64,000 bases of DNA from Lytechinus pictus. Its lineage: Eukaryota. The translations under genes were made by a program, and so were the position numbers. Location of the stretch: NCBI RefSeq assembly GCF_037042905.1, contig NC_087251.1, positions 30,754,001-30,818,000 on the forward strand, given 5' to 3'. The stretch's first letter is position 1. Each line of letters begins with the position of its first letter. This document shows positions 27,801-41,790 of this stretch, piece by piece. The notes under the pieces are model-generated. The model made no database searches, was not told the origin of the DNA, and saw nothing but the letters and a program-made list of their open reading frames with translations.

Positions 27801-30459
27801 CTAACCACTGTTCTTTCTCTTTAAAGAGGTTGGATGTCATGGTTTTCCATTTTTCTCTGTCCAGTGCTATCTCACAGCATTCATTTATATTTCTGCTTGT
27901 CATCTCAATATTTCCAAGCCAGCTTTTCCTTTTACGTTCCCTTCCTCTTCTGCCTTCAATTTTTTCCTCCATGATTTTTATTTGCAAAGATTGGTGTCTT
28001 CTGGTATGGCCATAGTATGAGAGTTTATGTTCATTTATTGATATTAATAGTTCCTACTGTGTGAGATCCATTAGTTTCAGGACATCATCATTTGATTTCC
28101 TTTCTTTTCAGAATATATGGCACATTCTGCGATAGAACCACATTCGAAGACCTCTATTTTCTTTTCCTTCGATGAGTTTAATGTCTATGTATTATATAAT
28201 TCATCAGAAAAAAATGCAACATATTGTTTATATTTTACATGTTGTTTCAGTATGACATTGCATCAATAATTCTCAAGTCAATATCCAGTTGGATAGATTC
28301 TTGAATTTGAACTTATTTATAGAGCAAAATCAAATTGATTCTCTCATTTTGGAAATAATGAGATTAGAATTGACAGAACATCAGTGTTGATTCCTTATTT
28401 ATTTTTTTCATTTATGCAGAAAGATGTTCCTTTATTCAGAATGACACATTGGAGTAAATTCAAAGGAGGAGAAAGTGAGAGTCCCATCATTTCACAAGGA
28501 GAAGAGGAGGAAGATATGGACCAATCTAAACCAAAGAAAGCCAGATTAGATGCACAAGAGTCAAATACTAACACAAACTCTGCTCAGCAACAGCCTGCAG
28601 CCCAAGCTAATGGAAGAAACGGTGTTGCTACACCATTAAACAATGATCCCTTGGCTGTTCTCTCCTCAGCCACTGGGCAGAACATTGAAGTGATTTATAA
28701 CTTAACTTCCTTAGCTACCGGTGGGCAGATCAAAGACCCTGCATCGGCGTTGAGCGTGTTAGCATCATCGGAGCAAGGTTTGAGGGTGATTGAATCGATT
28801 GGATCCCTTGTGCAGGGACAGGATCTCAACACATTGATCAGTCTGGCTAAACTTGTGGGCCAGATAATCGGCATGGGAGGAGGCTCCCTTAACGATAATC
28901 TTGCAGACACGATTCTTGGGAGCATCACAGGCTCCATATTGAATAGCTCAAATGGAAATACAGCTTCATCGTTGAGTGCGGAGCTTGCTCTGAATATGCC
29001 TTCAGCATCTACTTCAATACCATCGGGTCCTAGTCAGGATCAGAATGGGAACAATGGAGGACAAGGTGTCACACAAGATGAAACAATGAACAATGCAGCT
29101 GTTGCTAAACTTGCCTCCAGCGGATTAGCAGAAGCATTGGCCATGTTAGCTGCCATGGCATCATCGAGTCAAAACAAAGAAACTATTGTAGAGATGGTGA
29201 AACGTGCAGCTGTCTCGTTGTTGAGAGGAGAGGACGAACCCCAAATGATGTCCTTTTCATCCCCACCGACATCATCCCCTGCCTCAAACAATTTCTATAT
29301 GCCAACTGATGTCGGCGAGGATGAAGTCAAGACCAGTCCATTCCTGCAGTCCCTCCAAAGAGTCACCTCATTTCTGACCAGCGGCAAGATGAGTTCAGGC
29401 AAAAAATCTTCCACCAAAGCCAAACGCACTGTCAACAAAGAAATGCTGCACATAGCCATGGACATGTTTGCCGTCCTGGTCAAGCAAACCATTCACTTTG
29501 CCAAAAGCATTCCTGGATTTACGAACCTCTCTTGCGACGACCAAGCCGTGCTCATCAAATCTAGCATCGTGGACGCACTGCTGTTAAGGTGCGCAGACTC
29601 TTATGCATTGGATAAAGATTGCTTGGTGAATGTTACCAATGGAGACAAGTTTGATGTGCATATGATGTATCAGTTGGGATTCTCAACCCTGCCAGAGGTA
29701 GTCTTTGAGTTCATGAGGGACACCAAAGCTTGTGGACTCACTACAGCAGAGTATGCACTTTTTACCGCAGCTGCCTTACTCTCGCCTGGTAAGTTGAGTC
29801 AGCTGCGCTCAAGTTTGTGTATAATAATCAAACAGAAGAGAGATATCTATATTTCTTTTGTTGATGGCATACATCCCTTACCAAGAAATCAAAGATCTCA
29901 ATAGTTCATTTGATATAAGTTGTGAAATATAAACCTCAGAATATTCAACTTTATGCATTCACATTGCTCTCATCTATATGAAGTATGGATATAATCAAAC
30001 TAAGTAATTAATAGGCATTTTATGGTCAAATATTTAAGATATTGCTGTATTTAGTGTTATATTAGATGTCTTTCAACTCATTTTATAACAAAAATCTTCT
30101 ATGAAGTTCAACCACAAGTACAAGTATAATGAAAAAAAAGTATATTTGTATTAACCATTATAAGAATGCTTGATATTATTATTATCAGTAATATTGTTTT
30201 ATTATTATCACTTTCAGATCGGTCTGACCTGAAGGACAGAAAGACGGTGGAGGAGATGCAGTTGGAGATGATCCTTGCTCTACAGGCAGCCACCAAGGTC
30301 TTCCATGCAGATAAACCTTTCCTTTTTACCAAACTCATCACCAAACTGACCACTCTTAGAGACATGTCCATCCTTCACCTCAGTGAGATCATGGCAGTCA
30401 AGGTCCAGGAACAAGATCTTAGTCCTCTTATTGTAGAACTGTTTGGGCTAGATTCGTGA
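24715..30459 (+). CDS. NR1-group (NR1H-like) nuclear hormone receptor, ~900 aa; join(24715-24861,26377-26785,27189-27724,28420-29788,30218-30459)
   Basis: Two C4 zinc fingers; LBD signature FAKSIPGFTNLSCDDQAVLIK; SPDR motif; AF-2 PLIVELF. All introns GT-AG with matching phases (0,1,0,1); 2703 nt including stop. The start exon is less certain than the rest. Confidence 0.92.
25346..25878. mobile_element. Degenerate TTAA-flanked (Kolobok-like) non-autonomous element
   Basis: TTAAATGTTAAGTCTACCC versus GGGTGGACTCAGCCTTTAA. Confidence 0.5.
26377..26785 (+). CDS. Nuclear receptor exon 2 (complete DNA-binding domain)
   Basis: CLICGD...CEGCKSFF...CASGGNC...CPACRMKRCLECGM; TAG|GTG acceptor, A|GTGAGT donor. 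Confidence 0.95.
27189..27724 (+). CDS. Nuclear receptor exon 3 (basic NLS-like stretch, Pro/Ser hinge, putative LBD helix 1)
   Basis: RVKRKKK; LTLAQEQLMITLEKGY; phase-consistent splice sites. Confidence 0.9.
27785..28190 (-). mobile_element. RTE-clade LINE 3' fragment in the receptor intron
   Basis: KIEGRRGRERKRKSW...ALDREKWK resembles the RTE ORF C-terminus. Confidence 0.75.
28420..29788 (+). CDS. Nuclear receptor exon 4 (long insertion plus LBD H3-H8)
   Basis: 1369-nt open exon; CAG|AAA acceptor, G|GTAAGT donor after LLSP. Confidence 0.93.
30218..30459 (+). CDS. Nuclear receptor last exon (H9-H12/AF-2)
   Basis: DRSDLKDR...FTKLITKLTTLR...LSPLIVELFGLDS*. Confidence 0.95.
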
Positions 30460-33400
30460 CAGAGTGATCACTCTCTTCCACCTTTATAGTCCAGATACAA
30501 GATCTTGAACCACTCATTGTAAATATAAATTTGGAATAGAATTGTATCACTGCTATAACCAAAGTACTAGACACATGAATCTTTCACCCCTATGGAATCG
30601 TTATGAGGTAATCCTCACAATATAAAATTCTGTCGTTGAGTTAAAACCTATATTTTAGTGTCCTTTCACTCTGTGCTCACTGCATAATGATGAAACAAAA
30701 ACACTGAATAAATAAAGTTATCTATATTAGCATGATTATTACTGTATGATACAGTAACACAAGATTGTTTTGCTTAATATTTTGCGGTTAGGACTTATCA
30801 TGCGAGACATCATGGGGGGAGGGGTGCTCCTAGCTCCCCCAGCCTTATTAGGGTTAAAACTCAGAACAACATTACCAACCAAGACCAATAATGTCATGAT
30901 ATTGGCAGAGATCTGTATCCCCTCCCCTCCCCATGGTTATAGTAATGTTCGTAGTCAAAAGTTAGATTAATGTATCAACTATTCTTGCTCAAAAGGTTTG
31001 TCCGCTTTGTGTTACTTATAGGTGATTTACAGATACCTGCTTAGCAGGTTAAGTGGTAATCTCACATCAGTTTACATAGACCTACAAATATAATGATATT
31101 AGTGAATTGATAACTTTAAAGATATTGACATTGACCATTTCATTATTCCATTTCCTTCCAAAGAAAATGGGGATGTAATGAAGGCATCTGAAGCCTTGCA
31201 ATTCAGAATTGGAATTTTATGGTTTTTGGGATGTTAAATGACTAAAAGTTTTTAAAATGTATGAAGTTATTAGTTAGATCATTGGACAATTCTGTTTGTG
31301 AGTTTTACTCTCATACATGTAGTTTAGTGAATTACAGCAATATGTTTGGTTTGATGTTGCTTTTATTTTACTTCTCATATATGTGGTTTTGGGGGATGCT
31401 AAAAATGGTTTAATAATAGGAATAAATCATTATTGGGACTGACTTGAAATGAAAATGAGAAATAGGTAGGAAATTCTGGGCCCTTTAACAGAAAGCTTAG
31501 CAATTAATGGATGTGTTGATATTGTGATTGATCTTGCACAATAATCAATTGATCAATCGTAGAAATCAGTCTCCTTATCGATAACTAAGTTTTATGTTAC
31601 AGCGCCCAGACCTTGTTTCATGCAATATATATTCATATCCAATGAGAATACTGTCAAATGCTCAAATGGAAAAATAACGGATGCTTAAACCTTGCTTACA
31701 TTTATGTATTGCTTGTTTCGGATATGAAGTATGATATTGGTGAAACAAGTTTAAATTCCTTTGATGGGAATGTGATGTGTGTGATTAAAGTGGGGAATTG
31801 TAATTTGAAAAGAGTGCAAACGTGAGCGAAACCAATGGTTTTAACACCTTAAAAATCTGTCATCTAGCTGTATTATTTACAAGTATGTTTTGTATTGATA
31901 TTTGTTTTTACATTTTGTTATATATTCTTCTTTTGATAAATAAAGTAGATAAGTGATTGAGACTTCTCTCTCTGGTTAGACCTGTCGTTATGAATTGTGT
32001 AGCATTCATACCTACTATACAGACCAGGTTTGAAGTATGGCTTTTAAAGGTTGAACTTGTGTTTTGCTGATCCCTGTCCAGAGAGTCATATTGAGTCAAA
32101 AATAATTGTGAGTCTGTGAGCAAAATGATTGGAAAATTGTGAGGGAATTTTCTATGCTACATATCCATAAATGAGCGTGCCTTGCCTGTGCGTGCTTGAA
32201 AGAACACCTAAATGTGTATCACGTCTGATGGCTCTTTTAAAGTCATATATCATAAAATCCTTGATTTACATTTCTCGAGGAATTCAAACTGAAATGTCAC
32301 CTTTCATAGCTCTATCCATATTGCCTCATTAGTAATATGTTGCCCCACCTACATTACTTATTTGATTGGTAGCTTGCTAAACTAATATATCATGAATTTC
32401 TTATTAGTCTGCAATATGGGCATTAAAGGTAACAGAAAAGTATAATTTCTGCTTGACAATATCTCTTGGTAAAACCTTTCTTCATATTTTCTTTTTATTA
32501 CGTTTGAACATATACTTACTTTTCCTTTCGAGGAATAGAGGACTGTATGAAGTCCATACCTTAATTTCTAGATGTCTTAAAGTCTTAGATTCATGTCTTG
32601 TGAAATTATGATTTTATTTGTTTGCAGTTAGTATCTTTTATGAAAAAGGTATATTATTGTTTTGAAAACATATACACTGAAATAACATGAGTAGCTTGCT
32701 TTATACACACACAGTGTGAGTCTGGTTTGGGAAGAGACAGTGTGTTGGTATGTACTTTTGTAACATTTGTAAATACTTCATAGATTATGCTATGTATATA
32801 CGACTATTGGAACATTATATATGAGGGTATAACCCTTGAATTCAGCCTACCAAATCTAGATTTCAGTTCATCATTGTATATTTATGATTACTTGCCAATA
32901 TTATAACTTTGGCATAATCTTACAGAATCATGTTGCTGTAATCTCTTCTGTTTCATTAGCATGTTGTGTGATGCAGTCTGCAATGAAAGATGCTGGATTT
33001 GGATTTCTTTTGTTTATTATTTTTCCTGCATGCCATCATCTATTAACATGAAAGTTGTGGATTTTAGGAGATAAAGGTCTGACTGAGAAAGAAGGGACTA
33101 TATAATGCAGGAATAACATCCTTGGCTATTAAGGATTGCACAACACTTGCATTTTGTAATAACTTCTTTTGTGGGAAGCCACCAAATCTCCATATTGCTT
33201 GTTTTATCTTGATTTTGTTTGTTGTGGTAGGTTTCTGTGTTGTTAAAAGTTATTTTCTTCTTCTTTACCATTATGATAAAGAGAGGGTGTGTAGGGACAA
33301 GTCTGTATTGCTTTTCTTTGCTTCACTCGTTTATTAGTTACATGCATGAACCTTTTTGCCACTTCTCACACCCATACCTGTAAAATCATATCTCCTTTTT

Positions 33401-35732
33401 CTCAGCCTGAGCATCGAAAATGGCATTATTAAGCTTATTTTAACTTTATAAGAAAATAATAAGTGATATCATGCTTATAGTTTTGTGTCAAATATTTCTT
33501 TGCATATTCATTTGTTGAACACATTTTCTGTTTGTACCTCTCAGAGTTGATCAGGTTTAGACATGATAGCATTTATGTGTGGTACCCATAAATGTTTATG
33601 AAAGTGCTGAAAAGTAACCTCTTTCTTTCATCTTTTCTTTCTTTTTAGATGGTAAATGGCATTATGATAAAACATGTATGAGTTCACATGAATTTGTTTT
33701 TAGCTTTGCTTTTACTGCATTTTTTTTGTAAAAAAAAAGTAGGATCTAAATCAAATTTATTTCCAAGGAAATTCTTCAGCTTCTTTTAGAATTTTGGTTT
33801 ATGAATGGCTTACTTGTTTTCACTTAACGCCATGACAACCTCTCTGGTACATGTATGTGTAGATTTGGGCTGCTTTAGTGTATAAACTAGCACAAATGTT
33901 ATGATAGTACAATAATAGAACTGTGTAACCTTTCCTGAGAAAAGGGATTGGTTTATAGTTTTGTTGTACTTGACAACAGTTGAAGAGTCATTTACCGAAG
34001 ATATATTTCTTTTTTTTTTACCATTGTACTCTGGTATCCTTTATAATATGAAAAATTAGCAGCTGCAAATCTGTTTTTAACAAACTTTGAGTTAACTGTG
34101 AAATTTTATGTTATATATTTGCAATTTATCAACATTTCAGTCTTTATTTTCAATTTTCATTCATTCATCAATTTGGAAAGCTGGAATTTCCTGGAAAAGA
34201 TATTGCCTTTTTTTGTTTACTTCTAAGCCTAATTTTACTAAGGTCATGGTCTAAAATTATGGGTCGCCAAATTTCAAAACTTAACACTTTGTTTGTAATG
34301 TTTATTGAGCTTCTCATGCTTTAAGACTGAAGTGAAGTTGTTATCGTTTTAGTTTGCAATTATTTGTATCAAGAGTGCTAAAGTGAGCTGATAAATAGAA
34401 CACCAACTACAGAAATTTTTTACCTGAGAAAACTCTGGTAAAAACTGAAAACTAAGGTTAGTCTGAGGGCAAAAACTCCGGTAAAAACAACCTGAGTTTT
34501 CTCAGGTAAAAAGTTTTATGCAACGCGCCCCTGGACTACCTATAGTTAAACCACATTTAGACCAGTCTTATTCAAATACGAAGAGCATTTTATGATTTAT
34601 ATTTAATTCATATCCCGTCTCTATGTTATTACCCATAATTGTAAAGAAAAAAATGAGATTAAATGGAGTGAAAAGAAGAAATCCTGTCCCACAAATTGCA
34701 GTATTATGCCATGAGTGTATTAATATGAGTAAAGAAATCTTCCTCTCTGCAATGGAGACCACATAAAAGAGGAAATTATTTAGTTTTATTGATCAAACCT
34801 GAGAAATCATAGTTATGTTTACATATGTTTGCAATTTTTGTTATTTTTGTTAATGCCAATGAGGCCATTTTATTTCAAACTCATATTTCTTATAATTCAT
34901 TGATTGGTTATTCTTGCATTTATTTTCTTTTTTTTTAAATATATTTTACCTATATACCCCTTTTATTTATCTATTTTCCCCCTCCCTTTTGTGTTAACTG
35001 TACAATTATAAATATAATATTTTAAGATTATATACTTGTCTATATATATGTAAAACAAATTTACAAAATTAAAATAAAATGCACTAATGCAATCCTGATA
35101 ATGAAAGAGCTTGTCATGTTTTGTGTTATTGGTGGTTCTTTCTGATGTATTTCGGTTCATTACTGCTCTTGTGTTTGAAAATAGTGATAATGGATGTAAT
35201 TTATCTTCCATCAGACAGTGGGTTTTGCTTATGAAAGGATCAGATTAATCTCTGCAGTAAGTTCAGTGTGGAATTTTGTATTTTGTTGTTTAAATCGAGT
35301 TTCATGTCAGATACTTTTTGTTGGTTTTACATCTTGATAATCCGAACTAACACAATCTGTAGCATAACTATATGAACTGGCTGTGTCTCCTGTCCAACTT
35401 TAACACAGAAAAAGAGTCAAAACTAGTAACTTTCTATTTTATTTTCATCTTGTATATACAAATTATATAATCATTTTAGATCATATTCAACCCGCAAGAA
35501 ATAAATAATTTACAAGTACAATAGACTCTTCCCTATCAAGGTCCATGGAATGGTGTCACAATACATTAATCTATATCTGCCATTTCTTTCTCTTAATTTG
35601 CTCAGAAGCGCTTAGAGCATCTAATTAAGATGGAAAGAGCACTTTACAAATTCTATGTACCAGTATTATTAGTATTGACAATGTGGATGGGTGAAGGTCG
35701 CGATGTGGCCTGATGTACAAGTTAGACTCTAT

Positions 35733-36547
35733 GGCCCGTATTCTGAAGTCAGGTTTAACTTAGACCACGGTCTAACTCTGCTAAAATTATGGGGAGTCAA
35801 AAACTAAAAAATTCTATTTACATTGAATATTTCATATGTTTACTGTTTTATTTCCATTTGCTTTCATAATGAAGAAATATACTTCAGTTATCATTCCCAG
35901 CAGTTATGAATTATTTGAGTGTCATATTATACAAATAGCGAATAGTCAGGAGTGCGATGGTGCGAGATTTCGCATGAGGTGAAAGAAAGATGCTCTATTC
36001 AACGAGGCGTTAGCTGAGTTGAATAGAGCGTCTCTTTCTTTCACCGAATGCAAAATCTCGCACCATTGCACGAATAAGAATATTCGCTATTTGTGTTGTA
36101 CAACGCCTCGTAATCTAGCAAAAATATGAAAAAACAAGAGTTTTTCCCTGCAGTAATCTATGAAAAGGGAGCAAAATAATTGAAAACGAAAAGCAAAATC
36201 CCGCAAGCGCACATGACCTTGGGCAGCATTGCGCATTTAGCCAGCAGGCTTATACGCGTATTGCACCTTCATTTAACTGAGCGCAATGAATTAAATCGTA
36301 TTGTGGCGTCAACTAAAGCCGTGCAACGGTACATTTTGGACGGTACGTTTTGTGTGCAATGGTACAAATGTTTGACATTCAGCCTCTCATTTGCTCGCGT
36401 ACAACAAGCTATAAAGTAGGCATTTTGTACAATAATTAATAAATTGAATGTGTACTAATAAAGATTTGTCCCCCAATTGGCTATCCATAGTTAAACCACA
36501 ACTTTAAACCATGGTTTAACTTAAACCCGAGTTCAGAATATAGGCCT
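35733..36547. mobile_element. Harbinger-like MITE interrupted by a hairpin-bearing element (~35926-36433)
   Basis: GGCCCGTATTCTGAAGTCAGGTTTAA versus TTAAACCCGAGTTCAGAATATAGGCC; internal long palindrome at 35931-36094. Confidence 0.75.
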
Positions 36548-39500
36548 ATAAAAGGAATAAGTTTTATCTTAATCAGGCACAAGAAGAAGAAAGGGAAGAA
36601 TGAAAGATAAGAACTTCTTCAAAAAAGAAATTAAGTGAAAATGGAGAGATGGATAATGGAGACGCTACCAAGAGGTATGCAGAGAAGTAAAAAAACAACT
36701 GTTTGAGTCTTTATGACCAATAAAGGTCTTTGGTATAGTCGAATTAATACCACTATTGTTTTTACCTTGTAGCAATGATGTACCAAATACATTCTTGTAT
36801 GGATGAACATTTATTAGAATATGACCCTCGTTAAACCTCTTGCCACTTGTATTCTCTCACTGACCAATCCAAAGAAGAAGAAAATAAAATACTACAAGAG
36901 ATACTTTCTGAAAATGGAAAGGTTTTCATTTTATTTTCACATTGTGCCACATCTTACAAATACAGTACACTATTAATGCAGTCGTGCTCTCTATTATCTC
37001 TTCACAATAATGGAAAGCATTTTTTAATTCAACCTTTTATTTTCACATCACCATTGCATAAACAGTATGCACATCTAATACATTTTCATGTACCTATTTC
37101 AGCATAGATTTTGTTAGGATACGACTCAAGATGATAAGATTGTCTTCTCTTCTTTTTTTTTCAACGAGCAGTTCACAATGAAAACTTGCAAGGTTGTTAT
37201 AGAAGTGGTTTATCACTGACTCTCCTCATGTCTTGGAGTAATAACACAGATGTGCTCAATCCAGTTTACATGCAAACTATTACCCCCAGTATGTAAAATG
37301 CATTTCTGGGAAGCAAGCGACATCATTCTTCCGTTATTTTGTAGAAATTTAAATACAAGGACACATTTCAGCACAACAATTGCACATATTCTCTTCCTTA
37401 TGTTGTAATTCAAAAGAGCCTGTATAAATGCTGCTTTCCGTTTAACCTCTTTTAAACTCTTTTTCAAATTCACAAAAGTGGTTTTGAATCTGTGGTTTGA
37501 AACAATTGCTCATGCAGCTTTCATGCACTGATGATGCTTATTTCAGCACATCTTCTGACAAAGCTTGCTCCAATCATGAATATGCACTTATATCACAGGG
37601 CACTAATTCACGTCCGTCATTTTGATACTGCATTAATGAGCCAACTGTCATACACAAACTGTATAGACTCATTAATTAAAGTGGTCTCATTAATGCTGTT
37701 ACCTAATAACAAGCAGGAATTTAGTAGTGCCCTGATAAAGTGTGCACTCACTATTGGATACATTCTCAGCATACGCTTTGAATGAAGTAAAAATAAGTGG
37801 ATCATAAAATCTGCATAAACCACGGTTTCAACCCAATCCAAACCACCTTTGTGAATTTGTGCCATTATGTTTCTGGCAGGATTTAGTCATCTTCATTCTC
37901 ACCAATACAACTTTACTCAATTCGCAACATATGCATTTCAGTGAGAATGAAAAAAAATTATACAGTAATTTCACCCTAACCACGTCAGCTTAAAAAGGAT
38001 TACTTCAAATAAATTCATGTCAATGGAAATGTACCAGCAATATTAAAACTGAATGAAATAACTCTTGTCCATCATTCCTCCACTGGAAATAGATAGGAGT
38101 GTTGCATAAAATAAATGCTGATTTTTCTCTGCTTGTTATAAGCTACTGAAATCCTTGCATCAATTGGCTCAGTGCAAGTTGCTTCATGAAACACTCACCA
38201 GTTAAATATTGGTCCCAATAGAGTTTTAGTTGTATTTCAATGAGATGCAAATCTAATGAGATTAAGTGTGTGGTTTCTATATGCGGGCAAATACATGGGG
38301 AGTACGGCTGGATAATGATGACCTAATTGACTTTTTAAATACCAAAATACATGTACATATCATTTACTAGATATTGCAGTCTGTCTGTGCATTGTAAATA
38401 AAACTGATGAGTCGGGGAGGGGGGGGGGGGCTAATAAGCCACGTCTCATACTCGTGGGAACTACCTATCTGCACAAGTAAAAATATTACAAGGAATCATA
38501 ACAAAGGCATGTTCTCTGCAAAATAAATAGAATTGGTAAAAATATATATTCCACCTAAAATAATCTGCAATATTGTGTAATACTGAGATACATTATGATA
38601 GTCAATATCATATTAATTCCATCCAGACTTTGCCAAAATGAAAATATATAATAACTCCAATACATGACATCTTAATACACTGTTCAAGTTGAAATGGAAC
38701 GAAAGATATAAAAGTACATTTCCACATAAAATGAAATTCAAATTTCTCATTTCTTTCATCAGAGCAAATAAGTTAATTGTACATTGTAATAAATAAGAAT
38801 ATTCTCCATAGAGTTAGCAATATAATGATTTGTACATAAATACATGTACTTATTCACAGTTCTTCTTGACAAAATTGACTCACTAATGAAAAAAAAAACC
38901 TTTTTATTTACACTCCCAAATTCCAATACACTATTATTTACATTATTCATGGAGTTGTAATGACCAGTGAACTTTCGAATGAGTTTTAAATCTTTTCATC
39001 TGAAAAAAAAAGAAGTTTTCTTTGTTTATTCAGCATTTGTGTGCATTCAGTATCAATCAATAAGGAAGAATTAGAATGACATTACATCAATGATGAGTTT
39101 CTGAATGAGTGAAAGTCACTGAATTCTCTAAGACAAATGAAAGTCTAAAGTACATATAGTCAGGAACACTGTTCTGCAAAATCAACAGTAATTTGAAATA
39201 ATCAAATTTCACAACTCAGTATATAACCAAAATAATTATTCAAACTGAATAAATACAGTGGAATGGTATCTGTAAAGTAATAATCTAATATTGTATTAAA
39301 ATCAATAGGTCAGCAATTACACACTGTAAAATCCATATGTTGCATATTAATCTATTTTCATTCTTTTAAATGTGATTGCTACCTTTGCAGAAACGAAACT
39401 TAACAGTAAAAGGAGTAACTCCTTCCTTTTTTATGAATATCATAAACAATAAATGAGATAATTCTAATGACTATCATTGAATAACTTCAGAATTTTGCAC

Positions 39501-41546
39501 AATCGTGTTTTGTTTAACTGTTATGGCATTGTGAATCAGGGGGAGTTGCATGTACCCTATCTGTTTTGTTCCAATTTTTGAGCTTCCAAAAAGCCTTTTC
39601 TGTATTTGTGAAGTATCAAGCCTAGTGCTGCAATTGCGGTCGGTCATCACATTTATCATTGTGGAATGTTTGCCGATGAAAAGTTTTCAATTATTTGATA
39701 ACTAATGTTAGTCTGATCTTTGTAAGGTGTCTCATTGCGCAATAAACTTAATTCTGGTTCTTTCCTATTTATTCATCTATTCTATTTTGGTCAATAAATT
39801 TTATTTTGAATAATTTTTTTCTAAACAAATATCATAATGAATGAAATACTTTTTATGATAGAGGAAAATGCATTATCATCATCAACTCAGAGCTGATTTA
39901 AAAATCTAAATCTAAATCAAAAGTAGAAATTTTGTTTGCAAACTTGAGGCAATATGGACTACAATGCTGAACCGATTGATAATACATTGACATATCTATG
40001 GTATTTACATCATGAAAAGGGCTAAAAGAGCACACGTCAATGAAAGCTACTTCGGTTGCCTCCTGAGGGGCATTTCATCAAATACCTTATTAGACATTTT
40101 TCTCCTACAAATTTGATCTTAGCCAATCAAATGTAAGCATATCAATAGCTTATAACAGATAAATCACTTCATGAAAACTCCTTATCAAACCCCTTATCAC
40201 ATCATATCATCTGCAATACACCCACTGGTAGATCCATTTCAGATTTTCTAATATATGTTAATACCTACATTTCTGGACAGAATGACAAAACCACAGCAAT
40301 TAATTCATGAACATATGTCAAGTCATGTCTTTCAAGACATGGCAATATATATTTCTCTTATAAAATCAGAATGCTTATCAATAAATGTCTGTTATATTAT
40401 TAAAGTTGTTAGGGTGAAATGTTGACTTCTTATAAATTGCTCAATTGAGAAGAAATAAGTTCATTTAAATTCAAGTTCTTATTGACCTTTGGGTCAATAT
40501 TTGTAGATTATCTTCTTTCTTTGTTTTACAAACAATTAAATGAGTCACTTTATGAATATGAACTAAACCATGGATATGTTGAACTAACTGACTACCATGA
40601 CACCTAAAATCAATTCAAATGTTTATAGCTTGGACTAATCAGCAGAAAAATCAAGCAACTCATTTGCCAGAATGAGACAGACAAGGCACACAAATATTTG
40701 GTCACTTTCACACCTAAATAAAAAAAGAATGCTTCTTTGCAACAAATATGATGAATTCCAAGCCTTTCTTCTTGTGAGCACAAGGCACAGACAAGTTTGA
40801 ACTAAATATATCATTCATGAGGACAAAGAAACTATGTCAAGAGTATAATAGAGTGTTAACACCAAATCAATTAACCCCTTGGATATGGGAATGGGGTAGT
40901 CCCTCTACAAACTACAAAGTCATGGGAATTAGAGCATTCAGTAGTGATTGGTTAAGAATGACTCATTTATCATATTTGCTACATAACCTCAAGAATACAT
41001 GCAAACTACATGTTGAAAGATATTAATCACATGTATGGTAAAGAACCAAGTTTTCCGTTTCATTTGCCTGGAAAATTGTGCATTCCATGAGATTCTGTAA
41101 GTTCCATGTTCTTCCCAAATTCTGTTATTCTTTTAATTTACTATGTAAAAAACAGAGGACTCTAATGTAGGGTGACCCTTATAAAGATCAACTGTTCAAA
41201 ATGAGTGTGTCCTCTATAGAGTGAACTAATTACATTCAAATTCAACAGACGACTAACTGTGAATAAATAAATAATATGGATTAGTAGGCCCTCAAAGGAA
41301 TATCTAACACTCCTGTTACAACAAACAATTGCTACACGTTACACATGTGAAACAGTTAAAATATCAAGAAACAAAAGAAGCAGGCACTGATATGTATAGA
41401 GCAGCTATGTCTAGAATTGTATACTGATTTTAATTGCATCTCTAGGGACTTGATATATATATATTTTTTTTTGTGATGAGGTTCATCCAAATTGAGCATG
41501 CAATAATGATGGTCATATGATTAGTTTAATCCAGAGTATACTGAAT

Positions 41547-41790
41547 ACTGTTAGAGGATCCTTTAATTCCATAAAAGGTTTAAAAAAAACACACCTCTCA
41601 TTGGAGAGTAGGGTATTGAAATTTTCATCTTTCAAACACAGTGCCTGCCATCATTTGTTTTTGGCAAAAACTGTTAGAGGATCCTTTAATTCCATAAAAG
41701 GTTAAAAAAAAACACACCTCTCATTGGAGAGTAGGGTATTGAAATTTTCATCTTTCAAACACAGTGCCTGCCATCATTTGTTTTTGGCAA
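41547..41790. repeat. 123-bp direct tandem duplication
   Basis: ACTGTTAGAGGATCC...TTTTTGGCAA twice, near identical. Confidence 0.95.

Noticed and set aside
28695..30371. Antisense ORFs over the receptor exons
   Set aside because: Shadow frames of coding sequence with no independent motifs.
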